This document shows positions 50,949-60,062 of a DNA stretch of 64,000 nucleotides, piece by piece. Both the position numbers and the translations under genes were made by a program. This DNA is from a virus. The stretch lies in IMG/VR virus record IMGVR_UViG_3300046167_000888. One strand, 5' to 3'. Each line of letters starts with the position of its first letter. Positions within the stretch are counted from its first letter, which is position 1. A model generated the notes under the pieces. The model was given only the letters and a program-made list of their open reading frames with translations, was not told where the DNA came from and made no database searches.

Positions 50949-51646
50949 GAATATTTTTAGTCATATCGTTACTCCTAAGTCTTACAGCTAATGCTCAATT
51001 AGGTAAAACTGAAACAGAAAATTATAAAGGTAAATTTGAACAAGATGCAGATATAGATGAAGTATCTGATTATATGTTAGATTATCAATTACCAATTCAA
51101 GTCTTAAATATTGGCTTCACACCAGAATTATATGAGTTTTATCCTGAATTAAGAGAAAATAGAGTAGGATTAGGTGTTAGTAATATTACTTTATCTTATC
51201 TAGAATGGACTGATAGATTTTTATTTACAGAAGATAAAGAAGATATTAAACAAAGAATGGTTAAGCAACATAAAGCTGCAGCAAAAGGTATATCGGCAAA
51301 CGATATTAAAGTTGTAGGCAATGTTGTGTTAGCAGAATATTTTGTATATGTAGAAATCTATGATTACTCGGTATCAGAAGAAGAAGAAGTTACAGTTAAT
51401 GGGGTTAAAACTGTATTAAAAACAATTATTGGTATGCAAGTTAGATTTGTGAATGCTGAAACTGGAACTATTTTTACAGGAAGTGGTAGTGGTGAAGCAG
51501 TTACAATTAAACGATCTCAAATTGGAGAAGATAATGAAGTTAAATTTAATAAATCTACAATAGGGATTGCTACTAAAAAAGCTTTAGAATCTGGAACTGC
51601 TCGTATCGTAAAAAGGATGATAAAACGTGGAATATTTAAAGAATAA
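50942..51646 (+). CDS. secreted CsgG/HfaB-like protein
   Basis: Signal peptide; GVSNI...DRF...AEYFVYVEIYDY...MQVRFVNAETGTIF...KKALE. Confidence 0.6.
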   Translation: MVRIFLVISLLLSLTANAQLGKTETENYKGKFEQDADIDEVSDYMLDYQLPIQVLNIGFTPELYEFYPELRENRVGLGVSNITLSYLEWTDRFLFTEDKEDIKQRMVKQHKAAAKGISANDIKVVGNVVLAEYFVYVEIYDYSVSEEEEVTVNGVKTVLKTIIGMQVRFVNAETGTIFTGSGSGEAVTIKRSQIGEDNEVKFNKSTIGIATKKALESGTARIVKRMIKRGIFKE

Positions 51647-52793
51647 AATATTATTAATTTTATTTCTCTTACCATTAGTAAGTTACGGCCAGTGGTCTTA
51701 TACATTTACAGACCCTTGTACTTTAACTCAACAAACAATTCAAATAGGAGGCAGCAACTCTGTTGCTTTAAATTATTTTGGTAATGTCCAAACATTTACT
51801 CAAGATGATTTTTCAAATGGAGCTTTTGATTCTTGGTTAGATTTAGTTACTCAAGCTAATACTTCAAGCCCTTGTCAAAGTGTAACTCAAGTAATATTAA
51901 ATACTACTAATTCAGTAGCAGTACAAAATACAGTTACAGTTGTTACAAATATAATGTCTATATTAGGAGGAGATATGATACCTCAAGCAGCTTCATCTAC
52001 AGCAGCCCCAGTTGCTGAAGCAATAGATAACTCTGCAGGTGAAGATGAAGATGAAGGATCAGGTAATGAAGAAGAAGAAGCCGAAGGTGCTGTTGCTACC
52101 TCACTTGCTAATTCTCTTTCAAATGCTGCAGATGGAGGAAGTGCAGAAGCTAATAAAAATGCTGGTTCATTAATTGCATCTGGAGATCTTGTAATTATAG
52201 ACAATCAAGATAATTCAAACGGAAGACAACTAAAAGTAGTTAGCTCAATTACACACGCCAATACAGAACAAACTAGAATTAAAGGAGCCTTATTTACATA
52301 TACATCTGTTACTAATGATTTTAGTTTAACCCTTTATAAATCATGGATTAATCCTAAAAGAACATTTAATTTAGTAGGTGCAAACACTACTATGACAGAT
52401 TGGAATTTGAACCATTTAAATACAACTACTATTTTAGAGTCATTTAAATTTGGTAAAAAGAAATATACAGGTATGGCTGGTCTTAATTTTACAATCGGAA
52501 AATTAGGTAAACGAGATCTACAAAATATATCTTCAGTAGCTGGAATACATAGAAATTTTAAAATAAGTGATAAAGTAACTACATCAACTTTACTATTAGG
52601 TGTCTATTCTCCATTTACACAATATTATGAAGGCAAATGGTGGGATCCAGGTATGCTAATAGTACCTTTTAGTTCATGGGATATAAAAATAACAAAAACA
52701 TTTAAATATAATATCAGTTTTACTGGAGTTTGGCATTCACAAGGAAATGCATTAAATTTTCAGGTATTAACTGGTGGTAAAATAAGATTTTAA
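51627..52793 (+). CDS. secreted protein with acidic linker and C-terminal outer-membrane beta-barrel-like domain
   Basis: Signal peptide ending SYG-Q; two Cys; amphipathic strands; terminal Phe (GGKIRF). Confidence 0.55.
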   Translation: MEYLKNKILLILFLLPLVSYGQWSYTFTDPCTLTQQTIQIGGSNSVALNYFGNVQTFTQDDFSNGAFDSWLDLVTQANTSSPCQSVTQVILNTTNSVAVQNTVTVVTNIMSILGGDMIPQAASSTAAPVAEAIDNSAGEDEDEGSGNEEEEAEGAVATSLANSLSNAADGGSAEANKNAGSLIASGDLVIIDNQDNSNGRQLKVVSSITHANTEQTRIKGALFTYTSVTNDFSLTLYKSWINPKRTFNLVGANTTMTDWNLNHLNTTTILESFKFGKKKYTGMAGLNFTIGKLGKRDLQNISSVAGIHRNFKISDKVTTSTLLLGVYSPFTQYYEGKWWDPGMLIVPFSSWDIKITKTFKYNISFTGVWHSQGNALNFQVLTGGKIRF

Positions 52794-52794
52794 T

Positions 52795-53235
52795 ATGAAA
52801 AAAATAATTATAACATTAATGCTTTTACCTATACTTTCATTCTCACAGGAATGTTATACTGTAACTGAAGTAAGTACACAGGTTGAAATGGAAGAAATTA
52901 GTAAAAACCGTATAATATTTGGTATAAAACAAATAATGGAAGATGTAATCTCAGACAAATATGAATTATGTATGGATGGGAAACCTATAACAATAATAGT
53001 AAAATCTATAGAAGCACCTACAACAAGTATTGAATTTGGAGTCTGGAGTAAAGCCGCAAAAAAAACAATTGTTAAAATGCTAGTTTACATAGATGGTAAA
53101 GAAATTGAAGTAACTGGTAAAGCTAAATCTACAGTAGAATCGACTTTTATTGATTTAAATAATGAAAAATTACCATTTAGCAAAACAACATTTTCTTCTG
53201 CAATAAAAAAGGCAATTGATCGAATAAAATTTTAA
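52795..53235 (+). CDS. secreted hypothetical protein
   Basis: Signal peptide ending SFS-Q; C-terminal FSKTTFSSAIKKA resembles FNKSTIGIATKKA of the CsgG-like protein. Confidence 0.6.
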   Translation: MKKIIITLMLLPILSFSQECYTVTEVSTQVEMEEISKNRIIFGIKQIMEDVISDKYELCMDGKPITIIVKSIEAPTTSIEFGVWSKAAKKTIVKMLVYIDGKEIEVTGKAKSTVESTFIDLNNEKLPFSKTTFSSAIKKAIDRIKF

Positions 53236-53295
53236 ATTTCTTCGAATATAATTAAATTTTCATATATTTATTGATAAACATAAAACGATAATAAT

Positions 53296-54492
53296 ATGAG
53301 GATATTAGTATTAATTGTTTCGTTTATTTTATTTTCACCAACCGTTTTACAAGCCCAAATTTTTCAAGAAATCTATAAAGATTTTTTAAAATATGGTACT
53401 GTTTATGGAGCAGGTGATATTTCAAACTCAATAGAGGCTGCAGAGCCAACTTACTTTTTAAGAACAAACCCAGATGGGAGTTTATATTCAATTCCTGATG
53501 TGGTTGATAATACTCCAAAATATCCATTTGATTACAGATATGGATTTGGAATAAGAAAATTAGCTAGATTTGATTACGAGAGAAAACCAAAGAATTTTTA
53601 TGATGGTACAGAAGAACAATTAGTATTTTCTGCCCCAACATCAGCAGTACAAGGATTAGAATACCAATTCCATTATGAAAAAGAAAGATGGAGAGGAGAA
53701 AATTTTACAAATTATAATTACTTTTTAAAACACACAGGTAAATATCATATTGTAAAACTTCAAGCTAGAGAAGTAGGTAAAATTAATCTTAAATATAATT
53801 CAGCCGAAGTAAGAGGTAGATTACCAATAGGAAAAAAGTTTAGCTTTTCAGCTGGAGCAATATTAAGAGGACATGAAAGAGCTTACGGTTATAACCCAGT
53901 CGAAATATGGTTAAATGAAATTGATGAGAATGGGAACCCAGTAAATCAATGGTATGAATTAGGAAGAAATTATGGTTATAATGATATTTTCTATACACAA
54001 ACAAGCATAGACCCAATTACAGGAGAAGAAACAACAATGCAAGATTGGTGTTGGGTAGATGCAGATGGAAACCAAGTAGCACACTCAGATTTAGATTTTA
54101 GAGAAACTGTAATGCCTATGTTAATGAATAGGTTTAACGGTGAAGCTTGGGATTTATTAGATCCATGGTTAGATTTAGCACCAATAGTAGGTGTAGATTT
54201 TTACCACTACAAAAAAGATTTTTGGCTACACGGATATGCTAATTATATTTTACCATACCACAGGTATATTAGAGGAAATGAAGATTTTAGTTACTTACAC
54301 AGAAATAGTTGGGGACTTGGAGGTCACAATAACAATTTAAAAGGTGAACAATGGCACGATTATTCTTTTGGTGTTAATTTAGGAACTAAAATTGGTAAAA
54401 ACTTAGGGATATTCATAGAAGGAGAATATTCAAAAATGTGGGATAGCAAATTATATCAAACAACCTTCGGATTAAATTATACATTTAAATAA
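53296..54492 (+). CDS. putative outer-membrane beta-barrel protein
   Basis: Signal peptide ending LQA-Q; aromatic-rich strands; C-terminal TFGLNYTFK beta-signal-like. Confidence 0.6.
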   Translation: MRILVLIVSFILFSPTVLQAQIFQEIYKDFLKYGTVYGAGDISNSIEAAEPTYFLRTNPDGSLYSIPDVVDNTPKYPFDYRYGFGIRKLARFDYERKPKNFYDGTEEQLVFSAPTSAVQGLEYQFHYEKERWRGENFTNYNYFLKHTGKYHIVKLQAREVGKINLKYNSAEVRGRLPIGKKFSFSAGAILRGHERAYGYNPVEIWLNEIDENGNPVNQWYELGRNYGYNDIFYTQTSIDPITGEETTMQDWCWVDADGNQVAHSDLDFRETVMPMLMNRFNGEAWDLLDPWLDLAPIVGVDFYHYKKDFWLHGYANYILPYHRYIRGNEDFSYLHRNSWGLGGHNNNLKGEQWHDYSFGVNLGTKIGKNLGIFIEGEYSKMWDSKLYQTTFGLNYTFK

Positions 54493-54776
54493 TGGCAAAG
54501 CAAATAGGAGAAGATACTAAGGTAACTTTGGATTTAAAAACTATTGGGATGATAGTAGCTTTTACTGTCTCTCTAGCAGGTATGTATTTTACACTAAAAG
54601 CAGATATAGCTTACGCAGCTACACAACCTGAACCAGTTATTGAAAGGGTAGAATATGACTTAAAGGATGAGTTAATTCGCCAAACCATAATGGATACCCA
54701 AGAAGACGTTGAAATGATACTGGAGAAAATGGAAAAGCTAGAAGAGCGTCTTTATGAGTTATCTAAAAATAGATAA
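54492..54776 (+). CDS. single-TM coiled-coil protein
   Basis: TM IGMIVAFTVSLAGMYF followed by a heptad tail. Confidence 0.65.
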   Translation: MAKQIGEDTKVTLDLKTIGMIVAFTVSLAGMYFTLKADIAYAATQPEPVIERVEYDLKDELIRQTIMDTQEDVEMILEKMEKLEERLYELSKNR

Positions 54777-54778
54777 AC

Positions 54779-55204
54779 ATGAAAAAACTTTTAATATTAT
54801 TTTATATTTTTCCTTCAATGCTTTTAGCACAACAGGAAGTTCCTGAAAAATATTGGTTAGATGATTCAAATTACGAAGAAATTGTAAATGGCAATTCAGC
54901 ATTTGGTGATGATGATAGCAAAATTGTAGTAGTAGAATATTGGGCCAAATTTAATGAAATAAATTGTTACGAACACTGGCAAGAGCTAGCAAATAGACCA
55001 GACATAGAATATTATAGAGTAGATATTTCTAAAGCTCCACTAGCAAAGAAAAAATATAGAGTTAGAATGGCTCCCACCATGTTTATTATAACTCAAGATG
55101 GAATACAATCTAAATTTAAAGCAGGATTAGATCTATTATTCCCCTCTTCTAAAGAAGAAGTTGAAGAAGCTATTGAAGAAGCTAAAAATTCCAATAGATT
55201 TTAA
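54779..55204 (+). CDS. secreted thioredoxin-fold protein lacking CXXC
   Basis: VVVEYWAKFN, YRVDI, KYRVRMAPT. Confidence 0.6.
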   Translation: MKKLLILFYIFPSMLLAQQEVPEKYWLDDSNYEEIVNGNSAFGDDDSKIVVVEYWAKFNEINCYEHWQELANRPDIEYYRVDISKAPLAKKKYRVRMAPTMFIITQDGIQSKFKAGLDLLFPSSKEEVEEAIEEAKNSNRF

Positions 55205-55266
55205 TATTTATAACCACACCAATAAGGTTCCGCTAATAGTTTTACTAATTTTTAAAAACTAGAAGT

Positions 55267-55506
55267 ATGGCATTTAAAGATTTGTTTAAAGACGACAATA
55301 ACATTAACGAAAAATCAGTAGTAGGATTTGCATCCTTCCTGGTAATGGTCATTTTCGCAGTAGTAGATATTATTACTGGGGTATTTGGTCAAGAACTTCA
55401 AATTCAAGATTACATTTATAACTCTTTTGTAATCATAACTCTCGGTTCATTCGGAATCGCTGAGGTAGGCAAAATCTTCGGTAAGAAAAAAGACGAAGAC
55501 AACTAG
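55267..55506 (+). CDS. small 2-TM membrane protein (holin candidate)
   Basis: Two hydrophobic segments and a charged C-tail; late motif upstream. Confidence 0.5.
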   Translation: MAFKDLFKDDNNINEKSVVGFASFLVMVIFAVVDIITGVFGQELQIQDYIYNSFVIITLGSFGIAEVGKIFGKKKDEDN

Positions 55507-55543
55507 TTGCTAGTTACGTTTGTTTAACTTAAAACCCAATTTT

Positions 55544-55774
55544 ATGGAAATTCTAAACAAGATCGGCTCTTGGGCTGACAAACTGACTCACATAGGTGTG
55601 TCATTAATCGCTTTAGGAGTAGTACTTGAAGTACTATTCAATGGAGCAGGAATCCCCTTTTGGCCTGAAATATCAGTGGTAGGTAATATCATGAATATTT
55701 TAGGATCATTAAACGCAGAAGGACTACTAGGTTTAGTAGGTGCTTTTGTATTATATCATATAGTTAAAAAATAA
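55544..55774 (+). CDS. small membrane protein
   Basis: Hydrophobic ORF; start placed at ATG of MEILNK. Confidence 0.6.
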   Translation: MEILNKIGSWADKLTHIGVSLIALGVVLEVLFNGAGIPFWPEISVVGNIMNILGSLNAEGLLGLVGAFVLYHIVKK

Positions 55775-55789
55775 GGAGGTGTTCAATAT

Positions 55790-55820
55790 TTATTCCCGTG
55801 CCCTAGTGGTACGGGGGTAA
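55790..55820 (+). terminator. stem-loop between membrane gene and glycosyltransferase
   Basis: TTATTCCCGTGCC-CTAGT-GGTACGGGGGTAA; no clear T-tract. Confidence 0.4.
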
Positions 55821-55832
55821 TATATTATAGTT

Positions 55833-56435
55833 ATGAAAGTTGAAGTAAAAGTTATATCATTAAAGAAAAGACAAGATAGGAGAGATTATACCAATAATCA
55901 TTTAAAAAACAGGTATGATTTTTCTTTTTTTGATGCTATTGATGGTAAAACTCATCAATTTACTCCCGAAGAAAATCAATTATTTAAAAATTCTGAATTT
56001 CATACTTATAATGTATATCCTGAAGCATGTAAAGGTATATGTTTAAGTAATTATTATTTATGGAAATACGCTGTTGATAATAATACTAATTTAGTTATAT
56101 TTGAAGATGATGTTATAATTACATCCCCAGAATGGTTTAATTGGGAAGAGATGTTTAAAGATGATTTTGATTTACATTTTTTAACTAATCAAAAAGAATT
56201 TGCTAATTGTTATGCTTATTTAGTTTCAGTTAAAGGAGCAAAAAAATTAATTAAACATTTTAACGAAGTAGGATTTATAGATCAATTAGATAATGACTTA
56301 AGACATTTACCAAAAGATAAATTTAATGCAAGAAATGAACTATTTAACCATTTTGGTACATTTTCTCCTTATGGTAAGTGGAATTTTGGATCCGATATAT
56401 TATTAGAAGGTCATAAATCTCATGTAAAGTTCTAA
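55833..56435 (+). CDS. glycosyltransferase family 25
   Basis: VISLKKRQDRR, FFDAIDG, LSNYYLW, IFEDD, AYLVSVKGAKKL. Confidence 0.85.
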   Translation: MKVEVKVISLKKRQDRRDYTNNHLKNRYDFSFFDAIDGKTHQFTPEENQLFKNSEFHTYNVYPEACKGICLSNYYLWKYAVDNNTNLVIFEDDVIITSPEWFNWEEMFKDDFDLHFLTNQKEFANCYAYLVSVKGAKKLIKHFNEVGFIDQLDNDLRHLPKDKFNARNELFNHFGTFSPYGKWNFGSDILLEGHKSHVKF

Positions 56436-56458
56436 TATTTATAATAAATTATTAAGAT

Positions 56459-56926
56459 ATGAAACTAGAAGTATTAAGAGTAAGTTCACAAAAAGATAGT
56501 ACTAATGGGCTTTTATTTGATATAACAGATAAAAGAAAATTTCTTTGTTACACTTTAGAAGATGAAAAGAGAGAAGATAAAGTAATGCATGAAACAAGAA
56601 TACCAGCTGGCACTTATAAAATTAAATTAAGAACAGTAGGTGGATTTCATGGTAGGTATGAAAAAAAATATGGTTCAATGCATAAAGGAATGCTTCATGT
56701 ACAAGATGTACCTGGGTTTGAATACATTTTAATTCATACAGGAAATACTGATGAACATACTTCGGGATGTTTATTAGTAGGAGATACTCAACAACAAAAT
56801 GTAACCAAATCTAAAAGTGGATTTATTGGAGCTTCAGTTGATGCTTATAAAAGAATTTACCCACCAATAGCAGAAGCAATACTGCGTGGAGATGAGGTAG
56901 AAATTTCGTATGTTGACTTCGACTAA
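56459..56926 (+). CDS. DUF5675-like protein, candidate endolysin
   Basis: CYTLED...RIPAGTY...VPGFEYILIHTGN...TSGCLLVG; late motif upstream. Confidence 0.65.
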   Translation: MKLEVLRVSSQKDSTNGLLFDITDKRKFLCYTLEDEKREDKVMHETRIPAGTYKIKLRTVGGFHGRYEKKYGSMHKGMLHVQDVPGFEYILIHTGNTDEHTSGCLLVGDTQQQNVTKSKSGFIGASVDAYKRIYPPIAEAILRGDEVEISYVDFD

Positions 56927-56941
56927 TTAAAAGTTTAAATT

Positions 56942-58159
56942 ATGTTTAAAAACATTAAAAAGGGAATGTTTCCATTTCTTATTGCATTTTCTGCCTTATC
57001 AGTAAGTGCATCGGCAGCATTCTATTCAGTTTATGGATTAAGTAAGTTATTTGCAGGAGCACAATTCCAAGTTATTATAATGGCTGGTTCATTAGAATTT
57101 GCTAAATTGGTAACTGCTTCTTTATTATACCAATATTGGGATTCAATTAATAAAGCATTAAGAACATATTTATCTGTAGCAACCTTTATATTAGTATTAA
57201 TTACTAGTATGGGTATTTATGGATTCCTAAGTGCAGCATATCAGGATACTTATAGTAAATTAACAATAGCTGAAAATCAAAAAGGTTTTATACAACAAAA
57301 AGTTGAATTTTATCAAGCAGATGTAAATAGATACGATGAAGAAATTAAAAGAATATCTAGTAATATTAGTACTTTATCTAATGCCAAAGCCTCATCAATC
57401 CAAGTACGAGACACCTCGGTGGCTGGGGGTGTTCGAACAACGATCTCCACAACTGAACTTAGAATGGCGCAGAATCGTATTAACATTGAGGAGGAGAATC
57501 GTAAATTGGCGCAAGGAAAGAGAGAAATAGCAGCTGATTCACTTCAAAAATTTCAGTTACAAGTGCTAGAACTAGATAGCAACAACGAAGTTGCTGGAGA
57601 ATTAGGACCACTGCAGTATTTATCGGGTTTAACGGGTACTCCTATGGATAAAATCATAAATGTACTACTACTTATTATAATTTTTGTATTTGATCCTTTA
57701 GCTATTTCATTAGTTGTGGCTGCCAACTTTGCTTTTGATAAAGCATATCCTAAAAGAAAATATAGAGAAAATCTATATGGAGAAGATGTTGAAGTTAAAC
57801 CTTTAACTTTTGAAGAACAAAAAGAACAATATATCAAAGATCATGGTAAACATTGGGATGATAAAGAAAATATAAAAATTACTGAAGAAGAAATAAATAA
57901 TGAGTTATTTAGTAGAAATGACAATGATTTAGAATATACTGAAGCAGATGAAAAAAGAATGGATATTATTGGTCAAAATGGTAATGATGGAGAACATTAT
58001 TCAGAAATAGATGAAAAAATCACTACCGAAATGGAAGAAGATGGTGTTTATCTAACTAAAAAAGATGGTAGAGAAGTAGATAAAAAAACTTATTTTGAAA
58101 AACTTATGAATAAGGTATCTTTTTCAAAAAGAGACGACGATAATACGAAGACTTATTAA
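56942..58159 (+). CDS. multi-TM coiled-coil membrane protein
   Basis: Three N-terminal TMs, long coiled coil, IIFVFDPLAI TM, acidic tail. Confidence 0.75.
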   Translation: MFKNIKKGMFPFLIAFSALSVSASAAFYSVYGLSKLFAGAQFQVIIMAGSLEFAKLVTASLLYQYWDSINKALRTYLSVATFILVLITSMGIYGFLSAAYQDTYSKLTIAENQKGFIQQKVEFYQADVNRYDEEIKRISSNISTLSNAKASSIQVRDTSVAGGVRTTISTTELRMAQNRINIEEENRKLAQGKREIAADSLQKFQLQVLELDSNNEVAGELGPLQYLSGLTGTPMDKIINVLLLIIIFVFDPLAISLVVAANFAFDKAYPKRKYRENLYGEDVEVKPLTFEEQKEQYIKDHGKHWDDKENIKITEEEINNELFSRNDNDLEYTEADEKRMDIIGQNGNDGEHYSEIDEKITTEMEEDGVYLTKKDGREVDKKTYFEKLMNKVSFSKRDDDNTKTY

Positions 58160-58218
58160 GAAATATTTGGCTTCCCGAGATAGCAGTCGTATATTTATGT
58201 AATAGAAAAATAAAGGTC

Positions 58219-58882
58219 ATGAACAATTTAGCACAAAAGTCGTTATTTATTGGAATTTTCATATTAGCAATGATATTTATTCCACTATTAATCAAAGCAT
58301 TATTTTGGGTGTTATTACAAATGTTTAATTTCCCATTACATGCGTTATTAATTTCAATTATAGTTATATGTTTGATATCCCTCTTACCAGAAGGACAAGT
58401 AAATAATCAACTGAAACAATATCAGAAGATAAACTACAATCAGTTTAGATGGTGGAGAAGTTATCAACCTAAAAACAAACCACTTGATAATCGCAAACCA
58501 CTTCGTGATCGTATATTCAATGGTGACTTTGATTATTCATGCTATAAAGCCCAACAATATCAAGTTGAATATCAACTGAATGATATATTAGAAGAGTGTG
58601 ATATGGATTATGGGAAATATCTAGAAAAAACATCAGTTATCAGGGCTCGAAGAAAACGTTTGATTGAAGATTTTGAAAAAGATGAAGCTGAACGTTTACG
58701 TTCGCTGACAGTTGAATTCACAAAATATTTCAAATGCGATAGAGAACAAGTTGAGAAAGAAATGTTAGAATGCAGTGGCACCCTGATAGATCTTTATTAT
58801 ATTATCGAAGAAAAATATAAAATAGTCCATGCCCCATATCCATTAAGACGTAGAGGGACGACCTAAAAAATTAAGTATATGA
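58219..58882 (+). CDS. hypothetical; probably two genes (small membrane protein plus YNQFRWWR protein) fused by an indel
   Basis: Removing one G at 58393-58394 separates MNNL...LPEDK* from MFDIPLTRRQVNNQ (ATG 58368). Removing one G at 58855-58857 gives an RRGRPKKLSI* end overlapping the next ATG. Confidence 0.45.
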
Positions 58883-59682
58883 AAGTAAGCCATGAAGTAC
58901 CTAGATGTCTTTTAACAGCATCTCCCGAATTTAATGATTATGATTATTGTTTACCTCACTTGTTAGATCAAGATGAAGAATATAAACAATATTTTATTGA
59001 TGCTCGAGATAAAGGTAGATATGTTATTATGGATAATTCACTTCATGAATTAGGAGAAGCATATGATTATGATAGATTACGTCATTGGGTAACAGAATTA
59101 CGACCAAATGAATTTATAGTCCCAGATGTATGGATGAATTGTGCTCAAACAGCAGCTCAAGCTAAATATTGGTTACAATTTAAATATCATAAAAACACAA
59201 AAATAACAGCTGTAATTCAAGGTGAAAACAAAAATCAAGCATACTTATGTGCTAATTTATTAGCAAATTTAGGATATAAAAAATTATGTGTATCATACGG
59301 TGCTACTTGGTATAACGATTTTTTCCCACACAACAATGTAGATATGGGAAAAGCATTGGGTAGAGTACGATTTGTACAAGGTTTATTAAAATTACCTCAA
59401 TTAAAAGATATAAAATTTCATTTATTAGGTTGTGCTATACCACAAGAATTTGGTTGGTATGATAATGACCCAAGAATAGAAACAATAGATACTTCAAATC
59501 CAGTAATGGCTGGGTTAGAAGATACTTTATATAAAGAACATGGTTTAAATACTAAACCAAAAGCAAATATGAATGATTATTTTGATATTGACTATGAAAA
59601 AGTTGATTATTTAAATATAATTCATAATACAACAGTTTTTAGAGAAATAAATAATATAGAGAAAATTAAACATTATGGCTAA
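58879..59682 (+). CDS. TGT/DpdA-like 7-deazaguanine insertion enzyme candidate
   Basis: VIMDNS..ELG, IVPDV, VIQG, FHLLG, IDTSNP TIM-barrel motifs; adjacent to queC/D/E. Confidence 0.6.
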   Translation: MKVSHEVPRCLLTASPEFNDYDYCLPHLLDQDEEYKQYFIDARDKGRYVIMDNSLHELGEAYDYDRLRHWVTELRPNEFIVPDVWMNCAQTAAQAKYWLQFKYHKNTKITAVIQGENKNQAYLCANLLANLGYKKLCVSYGATWYNDFFPHNNVDMGKALGRVRFVQGLLKLPQLKDIKFHLLGCAIPQEFGWYDNDPRIETIDTSNPVMAGLEDTLYKEHGLNTKPKANMNDYFDIDYEKVDYLNIIHNTTVFREINNIEKIKHYG

Positions 59683-59872
59683 ATTAACAAGAACAGTAAA
59701 TTATGCTAACTTCAGATGGGAAGAATATATCTTAACAGAAGAAGAAGTTGCAAAGTGGAAAACAGGTGATGAAGACCTTCAACAAGAAATTATAGATGAT
59801 GCAGATTGGGACCTGGTAAGAGATAAACCGATTGATGATTATGGTGACGTAGAATTTGTAGAAAACGATTAA
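59675..59872 (+). CDS. hypothetical acidic protein
   Basis: Tightly packed ORF. Confidence 0.65.
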   Translation: MAKLTRTVNYANFRWEEYILTEEEVAKWKTGDEDLQQEIIDDADWDLVRDKPIDDYGDVEFVEND

Positions 59873-59873
59873 T

Positions 59874-60059
59874 ATGGCAGAAGTAATAAAACACGCATTA
59901 GGGCTTTGTGGAGAGCACTTTCATCCAAATATTTGGACACTTCTTTTAGGAGGAGTTGGATTATCTACTATATTTTCGTATGTTCGATTATATATAAAAT
60001 GTAAATTTAAACAAGCGTTAGCCTATACGCAAAATACCTGGCAAAAAATTAAATTTTAA
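59874..60059 (+). CDS. small membrane hypothetical protein
   Basis: H.LGLCGE..HPN motif followed by a TM segment. Confidence 0.55.
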   Translation: MAEVIKHALGLCGEHFHPNIWTLLLGGVGLSTIFSYVRLYIKCKFKQALAYTQNTWQKIKF

Positions 60060-60062
60060 ATT

